64,000 nt of DNA, from the NCBI GenBank assembly GCA_041671485.1, contig JBAZBL010000003.1, positions 25,412-89,411 of the forward strand. Direction: 5' to 3'. Origin of the DNA: Minisyncoccota bacterium (GTDB lineage Bacteria > Patescibacteriota > Minisyncoccia > Phycocordibacterales > PALSA-1337). The position numbers and the translations under genes are program-made. Each line of letters begins with the position of its first letter. Position 1 is the first letter of the stretch. The notes beneath the pieces are model-generated. The model was not told the origin of the DNA and did no database searches. It worked only from the letters and a program-made list of their open reading frames with translations. Shown piece by piece: positions 40,551 through 49,333 of this stretch.

Positions 40551-41852
40551 CTACAATCCTCTCACAGATTTTACAAACCTTTCACCTCGATCTTTTCTCG
40601 ATGGATCTATGCCATTTGCAGAAAATCCTGGACTAAATAAAATCTTATCCCCACTTCTCGCATGTTCGCGAGCCAATACTGTCGCTTCTTCTATGGATGG
40701 TACTGACATGACTTCGACATGATCGAGTCTTTCTATCGTTCTTCTTTCTTTCATTGTCCCACTACCAGGGATAAGTATCACCGTATGTACATATTGTGGC
40801 AAGATTGCATGCAATTCACGATAATCAAAGCCACTCTCTGCTCCACCTAGGATAAGAATAATATTTCGATTTAGAGACAATGAAATAATACTAGCTATTG
40901 TTGAAGCAGGATTTACAGATGCACTATCATTATAAAATTCAATACCTTTGATCTTCTTTATAAGTTCTATTCTACCCTTGAGTGGTTTCCAATTGCTCAA
41001 TATTTCTTGGATAAAGTCATCTGGAACCTTGAATAATCTTGCAGCCTGAAATGAAAGAGCCGCATTTTCACGATCATGTGTTCTACCTTTGAAATCAAAC
41101 TCTTCTGTAATAAGAGATGGTTTGGTACGTAACATCTTGGCTTTTGGCTGGAATCTATAGAGACGAGTAGCATCTATGATCTCATCACTCGCAATAATAA
41201 AATTATTGTATGTCTGAAAATCCAATATCTCAAAAGGAGAATCTGCATATGTGCCTTTTTGAGGTACAGTAGTAAATATTGCAACTTGTGGACTGATCCT
41301 TACTTCTCGCAATTCATTGAATATGATGTCTGTTATCTTCAATATCAAAATGTCTCCATTTTTTGCTTTTCTTAAAAAAGATAATATCCCTTTGCCAGAT
41401 TCATGATCAGCAGTGAAAACACTATCACTCACTTTTTCGAGCATAGGCCGTAGCATTGAGATCAAAGATGTCTTGCCACACATACCCATAATACCAACAA
41501 CAGTAAGTGGTGGAGCGAGTCTGAAAAATAAAGTCTCTGGATATTCGATCTGGATATTCTCTTTTTTTGCTAGTGTGAGAAATGATGAATCCCGTGGGTA
41601 TTCATGTGACAATATGATGAGATCCATATCAACAAGGTCATCCATGGGTATTGATCCACAAACATAGTTGGCTAGACCTTCTCCACGCAAAAAAACAAGA
41701 TAGCTCTTGAGTTTGGCTTCGCTCTGTAAATCATATACTGACAGTATCGCCCCTGCCTTTATAAGAAATCTTGCATCTTCAACCATTTCACCATTATGGC
41801 CAAGACCTATAAGGGCAACTCTTTTTCCTTTGAAATAATCCCGGGAAGTCAT
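40551..41852 (-). CDS. murD: MurD-like ligase with degenerate motifs
   Basis: GKRVALIGLG, GMCGKTS, YNDSAS.NP, LILGG, LFSPG, RGERF. Confidence 0.72.
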   Translation of the reverse strand: MTSRDYFKGKRVALIGLGHNGEMVEDARFLIKAGAILSVYDLQSEAKLKSYLVFLRGEGLANYVCGSIPMDDLVDMDLIILSHEYPRDSSFLTLAKKENIQIEYPETLFFRLAPPLTVVGIMGMCGKTSLISMLRPMLEKVSDSVFTADHESGKGILSFLRKAKNGDILILKITDIIFNELREVRISPQVAIFTTVPQKGTYADSPFEILDFQTYNNFIIASDEIIDATRLYRFQPKAKMLRTKPSLITEEFDFKGRTHDRENAALSFQAARLFKVPDDFIQEILSNWKPLKGRIELIKKIKGIEFYNDSASVNPASTIASIISLSLNRNIILILGGAESGFDYRELHAILPQYVHTVILIPGSGTMKERRTIERLDHVEVMSVPSIEEATVLAREHARSGDKILFSPGFSANGIDPSRKDRGERFVKSVRGL

Positions 41853-41909
41853 AAAGACAGTTTACGGTAAAAAGAGATAGGTGAAAAGAGTGTGTATAGA
41901 GAGTGAAGT

Positions 41910-42230
41910 TTATTCTGATTTTGTATTTTGAGCCAAAAGTTTTTTTACTTTCGTGAATTCTTGTAACATTGCCTGCAATTTTACTGCCTCATCAGATGAA
42001 GGTGAAGCATCTATAGAGAATTGAGAAATCTTTTTTATCAATACTCCATATAGATCATGAAAATAATCTTCGATAATATGTCGTTCTGGTAACTTTTCTC
42101 TATTACACCATTCTGGCCGATCAAATATCCTTACAATTTCGAGAGGTCTCTTCAAGCCATCATATACTACTGATTCATGAGATAATATCCCATCTAGAGA
42201 TGGGGATACAATATTATAATTTCCAACCAT
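41910..42230 (-). CDS. Hypothetical protein
   Basis: 106-aa ORF co-oriented with neighbours. Confidence 0.55.
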   Translation of the reverse strand: MVGNYNIVSPSLDGILSHESVVYDGLKRPLEIVRIFDRPEWCNREKLPERHIIEDYFHDLYGVLIKKISQFSIDASPSSDEAVKLQAMLQEFTKVKKLLAQNTKSE

Positions 42231-42244
42231 TTGTTTTTTATTAT

Positions 42245-42976
42245 TTAATAATTTGCCTTTATACTGACGAATTCATCTTTTGTTATTATGATATGATCGA
42301 GAAGTGAAATACCTAGAATTTTACCTGCTTGTATGATCTGTTTGGTTATCTCTATATCTTCGGATGAAGGTGTCGCTTCACCAGAAGGATGATTGTGAGC
42401 AAGAACTATAGCAGATGCATTTGACTCTATTGCAGGACGAAAAACTTCACGGGGGTGAACAATATTTGTATTTATTGTGCCTATTGATATAACTTCATCA
42501 CGAATGATATGATTTCGACTATTCAAATACAATCCACGTAAATGTTCTTTTGGCAAATTACGCATATCCTGTAAATATTCATAGGCATCTTTTGCACTTC
42601 TTATCGTCGCGAAATTTGATTGGTTTCGATCGTAAAAACGTCGTCCGAGTTCACCACAAGCTACAATAACACACGCTTTAACAATCGGTACATTCATCTC
42701 AAAAGCAAGATGCTTAGCATCTTTTTCGGCCAAGATGCTCTTTTCACCATATTCACGAATGAGACGGTTTGCCATTTCGAGTACATCTTCTTTGACCGTA
42801 CCGACGCCTAGGACTACCGCTAAAAGCTCCTTCACACTCAATGCTTCTGGCCCTTGTGACATCAATCTTTCGCGTGGTTTCTCTTCTGTCGGCAAATCAT
42901 GGATCGTCTGAACATACTCACGATTCATGATCGAGTCGAGAAACAAAACATTTGAACGAATGGCATAAGTCTGCAT
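42245..42976 (-). CDS. radC: RadC/JAB domain protein
   Basis: KPRERL, VHPREVF, AHNHPSG...PS..D, LLDHII. Confidence 0.92.
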   Translation of the reverse strand: MQTYAIRSNVLFLDSIMNREYVQTIHDLPTEEKPRERLMSQGPEALSVKELLAVVLGVGTVKEDVLEMANRLIREYGEKSILAEKDAKHLAFEMNVPIVKACVIVACGELGRRFYDRNQSNFATIRSAKDAYEYLQDMRNLPKEHLRGLYLNSRNHIIRDEVISIGTINTNIVHPREVFRPAIESNASAIVLAHNHPSGEATPSSEDIEITKQIIQAGKILGISLLDHIIITKDEFVSIKANY

Positions 42977-43010
42977 ATCGGGATTATATCATATAATATA
43001 ATTATGCAAA

Positions 43011-44894
43011 TTATATCCTTCGTCTTTTATTGATTTCTGCTTTACGGATCGAAAGGGCCTGACATTTCTTTGCCAATTCTGCAACAGATTTTGTATTATG
43101 ACGAGCTTCGGCAATTTTCAATTCTTGCATAGTATCTATCAATTCTATATTGATGAGATCCTCTTCAAAATTGATCAATAATTCTTTTGCATTTTTTTCC
43201 CATAAATCTTCATCATTGCCAAAGAATGCTTCAGCCTCAAATACTAGATCACTCGCTATACTATCTGCTCTAGCTTTACGTATGTCATAAGATTTCTGAT
43301 CAAGTCTCTTCAATTCTTCTATAAATGTATCTACCTTTTTTGACTTCTCTTTTTTCATGAGATACAAAAGTCCAAATAGACGTCTTTCTATAAGATCAAT
43401 GCGTTTGGATTGTTCATCGCTGGTCTTGGTAACAATTTTATCATCGGTTTTATTTTCTTGCTTCAAACGCTTTTCTATAACTTTCAAATCTTGCCATATT
43501 GTATCTATTGGAGTCTTTGAATGATCGGCAATCATCTGTACAAAATGTGATTGATCACTAGCACTTTCTATCCTTGCAAGTAATGGTAATACACGCTCTT
43601 CTATTGCTCGGATAAGTTTGCGTTTATCTTGAAATTCACGTAAAACATTGTTTATCTCAAATTCAATAACTGGTTTTGCATTGCGCAATACTTCTTTCCA
43701 CTTGTTTGTATCTTCTCTTGCAAGATCGGCAGGATCTTTGCCTCCGACAATATCAGCAATCTTTACATCCATGCCGAGCGATAAAGCAATACCTGATGCT
43801 CTCATAGCTGCTTTTCGTCCTGCAGGATCGGAGTCAAATGCAATAATTATATTTGGTGATAGGCGTCTCACCAAGCCGAGATTACTCACAACTCCATCAC
43901 TTTTATAAACTTCATCTCCTAGAGCAGTTCCTGAAGATGCAACTGTATTACAAATCCCTGCTTGATGTGACATGACTAGGTCCATTTGACCTTCGACAAA
44001 TATAGAATAATTGAGTCTTCTTATCTCACTTTTTGCTTTGTCCAAGCCATACAAGACTGCGGATTTATCGAATAGTGGTGTATCTGGACTATTCAGATAT
44101 TTTGCAGATTGGCCATCATCTTTGAGTATTCGTCCGGAGAATGCAATCACCCGACCACTAGAGTCATTTATTGGAAACATTATTCGTCCACGAAATCGGT
44201 CGTAAAACCCACTGTCATTCCCGCGAAAGCGGGAATCCATATTTACATGAGCAGGATCCGCCGCTCCCTCCTCGGGGCGACTAAATGCCTTCGTTCGCTT
44301 CGCGAAGTCGCCATTTGTCGCCCCTGCGACGGTCGCGGCTCCTATCCCACTTGATTCTTTCCTCTTCACAAGACCCACTTTTTCGAGGATGGCATCATTG
44401 TAACCTTTACCCTTCATATAAATAGAAAGATTGCGCCAACCATCTGGAGCAAAACCTATTCGAAATAGTTTTCGAGTTTCTTCTTTTATTCCACGACATT
44501 TCAAGTATTCCCTTGCTTCTTTGGATCTTTCGAATTGAAATTCAAAATACTTTGTTGCTTCTTCTATGAGAGCGTATAGATGATCTCTTTCACCATCAGA
44601 TTTTTGATCATGAACAATAGGTACGCCAGCCTTTTCTGCAAGAAGCTTCAATGCCCCACGAAAGTCCAGTCCTTCAAACTGTTCAACAAATGAGAATATA
44701 TCTCCTTTGGCACCACAGCCAAAACAATAATAACCACCTCTTTCCGGAGAGACGAAAAAAGAAGGAGTCTTTTCATTGTGAAATGGACACTTTGCTTTCA
44801 ATGATTTGCCTGCTCTTTCTAGTTTTATATAAGAACCAAGAACATCTTCTATTGAAAGTCGAGCTTTGATTTCTTCTACGGTAGAACGATTCAT
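43011..44894 (-). CDS. dnaG: DNA primase with an in-frame palindromic insert
   Basis: CPFH.EKTPSF..C.GC zinc finger, YDRFRGR, KYLNSP, VEGQMD, FDSDPAG, KDPAD. Confidence 0.96.
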   Translation of the reverse strand: MNRSTVEEIKARLSIEDVLGSYIKLERAGKSLKAKCPFHNEKTPSFFVSPERGGYYCFGCGAKGDIFSFVEQFEGLDFRGALKLLAEKAGVPIVHDQKSDGERDHLYALIEEATKYFEFQFERSKEAREYLKCRGIKEETRKLFRIGFAPDGWRNLSIYMKGKGYNDAILEKVGLVKRKESSGIGAATVAGATNGDFAKRTKAFSRPEEGAADPAHVNMDSRFRGNDSGFYDRFRGRIMFPINDSSGRVIAFSGRILKDDGQSAKYLNSPDTPLFDKSAVLYGLDKAKSEIRRLNYSIFVEGQMDLVMSHQAGICNTVASSGTALGDEVYKSDGVVSNLGLVRRLSPNIIIAFDSDPAGRKAAMRASGIALSLGMDVKIADIVGGKDPADLAREDTNKWKEVLRNAKPVIEFEINNVLREFQDKRKLIRAIEERVLPLLARIESASDQSHFVQMIADHSKTPIDTIWQDLKVIEKRLKQENKTDDKIVTKTSDEQSKRIDLIERRLFGLLYLMKKEKSKKVDTFIEELKRLDQKSYDIRKARADSIASDLVFEAEAFFGNDEDLWEKNAKELLINFEEDLINIELIDTMQELKIAEARHNTKSVAELAKKCQALSIRKAEINKRRRI

Positions 44895-44943
44895 ATTGCA
44901 AGTATATGATAAGATAGCAAAAGTACAAATATTCAGATCTTAT

Positions 44944-47900
44944 TTATTCATTTGACTTTATCTCTCTTTTCATATCATTTATCATCTTTTGCTTTGGTGA
45001 ACCAGGGAAGCCAGTACCAGCTGGTACAAGGCGTCCGATAATAACATTTTCCATTAGTCCAGTTAGATCATCCTCTGCCGAGCGCACGGAATTTGCTATG
45101 AGAACACGAGTAGTATGTTGGAAAGATGCAGCCGAAAGGAAAGATTGTCTTGTAAGAGAAGTCTCTGTGATTCCCATAACAATCTTTGTCACTTTTGCTA
45201 TAGAACCCCCTTTAGCTTTTGCCATAACATTTTCTTCTGCTAGTTGAACATCATCAACTATCATACCTTCTGTTAGATTTGTATCTCCTCCTTCAGAGAC
45301 ACGACGTCTGGAGAACATTTGTTTTACGATAATTTCGATGTGTTTTCTGGATACTGTTTCTCCTTGTAATTCATATATCTTACCAACCTCTGTAATAACA
45401 TAGTCTTTTGCACGCTCCTCTCCTCCATATTCAAATACTTCATCAATTTCGGCAGAACCATCTGTCAATAGATCACCCTTCTTTACTTTATCACCAGCTT
45501 TTACAAAAGGTGTTCTACGATATGGGAATACATATTCAATTTCACTTGCTTTTTTGTTTTTACCTTTATCTTCGATCTCTGGTATAACACGAATTAGTCT
45601 TTCTTTGCCCATATCTTTGACTTCAGTAACCATACCGTTAACAGTTGCAACTACAGCTGGATTCTTTGGACGACGTTTTTCGAATATTTCTTCAACTCGA
45701 GGTAAACCTTGTGTTATATCTCCACCATGTGAAGCAGTACCTCCAGCATGGAATGTTCTCATTGTAAGTTGTGTTCCTGGCTCACCTATTGCTTGTGCAG
45801 CAACGGTCCCTACAGCTTCACCTAGAGCAATTAGCTCGTTTTTACCCAAGTCTAGTCCATAACACTGTGCACATACACCCCTCATTGTTTTACATGAAAG
45901 TGGAGAACGTACATGAACTTCATTTACACCAGCTTCTTCTATTTTGAGTGCATCGCCTTTACTGATAATATGACCTTTATTGAATATCGTATTACCACTT
46001 ATATCTTTTACGGATTCTGCCAATACTCTGCCACGAATACTCTTCGAAATTGGAATATTTATACCAGAAGCTGTTTGTTTGTGGATAATAATAAAATCTT
46101 TTGTACCACAATCATCTTCAGAAATAACAACATCTTGGGCAACAACGAATAGTTTACGCGTGAGATAACCTGCTTTGGCAGTATTGAGCGCTGTATCTGT
46201 AAGACCTTTACGTGAACCGTGAGTAGTGATGAAATATTCGATAGGAGTTAGACCTTCCTTTGCACAAGAAATAATAGGAAATTCAATAGTCTCTCCAGAG
46301 ACTGAAGCAATCAATCCTTTCATTCCAGCCATTTGTGTGATCTGGGATAGAGAACCTCTAGCACCAGAAGTTACCATATCATAAACAGAACCATTCTTAT
46401 CCAAACTTGGTGGGATAGCTTTCTCGACTTCTCCTTTGACTTTTTGCCATGTTTCAATATGTTTCCTTATACGTTCTTCCTCGGTCAAAAGTCCTTCATT
46501 AAATTGTTGTGTAACGATATTTGCTTGTCTCTTGCCTTTTATTATTAACTCTCCTTTTGAAGAAGGAATCATAATATCATCAATTCCCCAAGTCGTACCA
46601 GAATAAGTCGCAAAACTAAAACCAAAACTCTTTATCTTATCGAGTATTGGGGCAATATTCTTGGCTCCATGGAAAGTGATCATATCATCAATTATTTGTC
46701 CCAATTTCTTTCGACCTACCTCTTCATTGACAAAAGGATAATCATCAAACAAAATATTATTGAATAATATCCTACCGACAGTCGTTTCAAATATAGCATT
46801 ATTGAATTTTTCGTATTTCTTATTGTTTGTTGCCAATACTTTTATAGGTTCACGGAGATCGATTGACTTAAAATCATAGGCGAGTACAGCAGCCTCTGGT
46901 GATTCAAACATTCTTATATTGTTAGCAGCATTTTTATTATTATCTCTCACTTTTATCTTTGTGACCCAGAAACAACCGAGAACAATATCCAACATTTTTG
47001 CAACAACAGTTGGATCATTGTTACCTGGTTTCAATACATTCTTATCAGCAGCCATAATTTCTCTGGCTTCAAGCTGTGCCTCCTCGGAAAGTGGTATATG
47101 TACTGCCATTTGATCGCCATCAAAGTCAGCATTGAAAGCAGTGCAAACCAATGGATGAACCTGGATTGCATTCCCTTCTATAAGTATAGGCTGAAAAGCT
47201 TGTATACCTAGGCGATGCAATGTAGGAGCACGATTTAGCAATACATATTTGTTTTTGATTACTTCTTCTAGGATTTCCCAGACTTCTTTTGAATCATCAT
47301 CTATCAATCTATTTGCACCACGAATATTGTAAGCCAATTCTCTTTTCAAAAGTCCAGAAATAACAAATGGTCGGAATAATTCTAATGCCATATGCTTTGG
47401 CAAACCACATTGATCTAGTCTCAATTCTGGACCAACTACGATGACAGAACGTCCTGAATAGTCTACACGTTTACCGAGAAGGTTTTGGCGAAATAGTCCT
47501 CTCTTTGATTTCAAACTATCAGACAGAGACTTGAGTGCTCGTTTTTGTGCAGCAGCTGCAGCAGCACCAGCAGAAGAGCCGTGACGGATAGAGTTGTCTA
47601 TGAGAGCGTCTACTGCTTCTTGGAGAATGCGCTTTTCATTGCGCAATATAACTTCTGGAGCATTGATATCTTTTAGTTTTAGTAAGCGATTGTTTCTATT
47701 GATTACTCTCCTATATAAGTCATTGACATCAGAAGTGGCAAATCTGCCACCATCTAGAGCAACCATTGGACGGATGCCTGGTGGGATTACAGGGATCTTG
47801 GTTAGGAACATCCATTCTGGACGAATATTTGCTTTTATCATCTGTTTTACCAATGATATCCTCTTGGCCAATTTGTCTTTGTCAGCAGAGCTTACAGTTT

Positions 47901-48633
47901 CATATTCTTTATCGAGTTCTACTTTGAGTTTTGGCATATCAACCTTCTTCAATATTTCAAATATTGCTTCTGCTCCAATTCCAGATTCAAAGAGTCCTCC
48001 ATACTTCATTGCATATTTATGATATGTAACTTCGTCCATAACAAAACCAGGAACAATTGTCTCTATCTCTCTTCTCGCATTTAATACCAGCTCTTTCAAT
48101 GCTTCTTTTGTTTTATCATCTTGAGAACTTTTTACTTTTGTTTTGTATTCATTGTCAAGTTCTTTCAAGAATTTTACTTTCTCTTGTTCATGAACTTTGA
48201 TGACTATATATCCAGCAAAGTAGACGACTTTTTCTAGATCTCCTGACGTCATACCTAGTATAAGACCAATCCTTGATGGTACACTCCTCAAGAACCAAAT
48301 ATGAGAAACAGGAGATGCAAGTTCGATATGGCCCATCCTTTCCCGTCTTACTATCGAACGAGTGATCTCTACACCACATTTTTCACAAACAATACCTTTG
48401 TATCGTATTCCTCTATATTTACCGCAATAACATTCATAGTCACGATCTGGTCCAAATATTCTTTCATCGAATAGACCACCCTTTTCACTTCTTTGCGTTC
48501 TATAGTTGATCGTCTCTGGCTTGGTAATCTCGCCATAAGACCATTCCAATATCTTCTCAGGGGACGCTATAGTCAATCGAATGAGGTCAAAGTCCTGAAT
48601 GTCTTGGGATTTTTTGGTTGTTTGTGTTTGCAT
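44944..48633 (-). CDS. rpoC: RNA polymerase beta' subunit
   Basis: NADFDGD catalytic motif, GKRVDYSGRS, zinc-binding Cys. Confidence 0.99.
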   Translation of the reverse strand: MQTQTTKKSQDIQDFDLIRLTIASPEKILEWSYGEITKPETINYRTQRSEKGGLFDERIFGPDRDYECYCGKYRGIRYKGIVCEKCGVEITRSIVRRERMGHIELASPVSHIWFLRSVPSRIGLILGMTSGDLEKVVYFAGYIVIKVHEQEKVKFLKELDNEYKTKVKSSQDDKTKEALKELVLNARREIETIVPGFVMDEVTYHKYAMKYGGLFESGIGAEAIFEILKKVDMPKLKVELDKEYETVSSADKDKLAKRISLVKQMIKANIRPEWMFLTKIPVIPPGIRPMVALDGGRFATSDVNDLYRRVINRNNRLLKLKDINAPEVILRNEKRILQEAVDALIDNSIRHGSSAGAAAAAAQKRALKSLSDSLKSKRGLFRQNLLGKRVDYSGRSVIVVGPELRLDQCGLPKHMALELFRPFVISGLLKRELAYNIRGANRLIDDDSKEVWEILEEVIKNKYVLLNRAPTLHRLGIQAFQPILIEGNAIQVHPLVCTAFNADFDGDQMAVHIPLSEEAQLEAREIMAADKNVLKPGNNDPTVVAKMLDIVLGCFWVTKIKVRDNNKNAANNIRMFESPEAAVLAYDFKSIDLREPIKVLATNNKKYEKFNNAIFETTVGRILFNNILFDDYPFVNEEVGRKKLGQIIDDMITFHGAKNIAPILDKIKSFGFSFATYSGTTWGIDDIMIPSSKGELIIKGKRQANIVTQQFNEGLLTEEERIRKHIETWQKVKGEVEKAIPPSLDKNGSVYDMVTSGARGSLSQITQMAGMKGLIASVSGETIEFPIISCAKEGLTPIEYFITTHGSRKGLTDTALNTAKAGYLTRKLFVVAQDVVISEDDCGTKDFIIIHKQTASGINIPISKSIRGRVLAESVKDISGNTIFNKGHIISKGDALKIEEAGVNEVHVRSPLSCKTMRGVCAQCYGLDLGKNELIALGEAVGTVAAQAIGEPGTQLTMRTFHAGGTASHGGDITQGLPRVEEIFEKRRPKNPAVVATVNGMVTEVKDMGKERLIRVIPEIEDKGKNKKASEIEYVFPYRRTPFVKAGDKVKKGDLLTDGSAEIDEVFEYGGEERAKDYVITEVGKIYELQGETVSRKHIEIIVKQMFSRRRVSEGGDTNLTEGMIVDDVQLAEENVMAKAKGGSIAKVTKIVMGITETSLTRQSFLSAASFQHTTRVLIANSVRSAEDDLTGLMENVIIGRLVPAGTGFPGSPKQKMINDMKREIKSNE

Positions 48634-48726
48634 ATTTGTTAAATTAAAATTGCAGTTGTGATAATCTCTGTAATCTTCAATATTGAACCTTTTTGTGTAT
48701 TTGTTTTCATAATATTAATCAAAAAA

Positions 48727-48984
48727 TTATTCATACAATTCACTGTGTGAACCAATCTTCAGAAGACGAATCCCATTTGCTTTTATTTCATAAATTACTC
48801 GTATATTTCCAGTCACATTGATACTACGACATCCTAAATACTTGCCATGAAGAGTATGATTATTCAATTCTGGTGCAGTTGGATCTTTCATGAAGATTTC
48901 TAATTTATCATCAAACTTTTGTTGTAATTTGGTTGGTAATTTATCATATTGCTTAACAAATCTCTTGTGAAAATCTATGATCAT
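48727..48984 (-). CDS. RelE/YafQ-family mRNA interferase toxin
   Basis: NH.L.G.Y...RSINVTGNIRVIY, IGSHSELY. Confidence 0.88.
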   Translation of the reverse strand: MIIDFHKRFVKQYDKLPTKLQQKFDDKLEIFMKDPTAPELNNHTLHGKYLGCRSINVTGNIRVIYEIKANGIRLLKIGSHSELYE

Positions 48985-49265
48985 GATCTTTTCGAATGTA
49001 GATAACCAATAGCTTCCTTGGCAGAATCAAATGGTCCAACAAAATTCTTATTCTCTTTAGAATCAGCCAGAAGTTCATCCAATACTTTTCTTGTCTTTGC
49101 ATTTGGCATAGGATGGTCAGCAAAAGTGACTTTTCTTTCAGAAATAAATTCCTTTATAAAGCCATTGATAACCGCATTCAGAGACACGCCCAGATCATGG
49201 GCCAGATTTAAAGCCTGATCTTTCAATGTTTTCTCGATTTTCACACTCATCATAGTGATAGTCAT
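48981..49265 (-). CDS. RelB/DinJ-family antitoxin
   Basis: N-terminal RHH-like segment, PNA.T, GPF; ATGA overlap with the toxin. Confidence 0.82.
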   Translation of the reverse strand: MTITMMSVKIEKTLKDQALNLAHDLGVSLNAVINGFIKEFISERKVTFADHPMPNAKTRKVLDELLADSKENKNFVGPFDSAKEAIGYLHSKRS

Positions 49266-49294
49266 AGTATTTTAATAATTGATTGTTAATTGAT

Positions 49295-49333
49295 AGTATA
49301 TACAAAGTATATACTTAGTATAATATCTGTCAA
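49295..49333 (-). promoter_or_regulatory. TA operon promoter with palindromic operator
   Basis: TTGACA (49333-49328, overlapping the rpoB stop)-16-TATACT; palindrome AGTATATAC-AAA-GTATATACT at 49295-49315. Confidence 0.7.
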
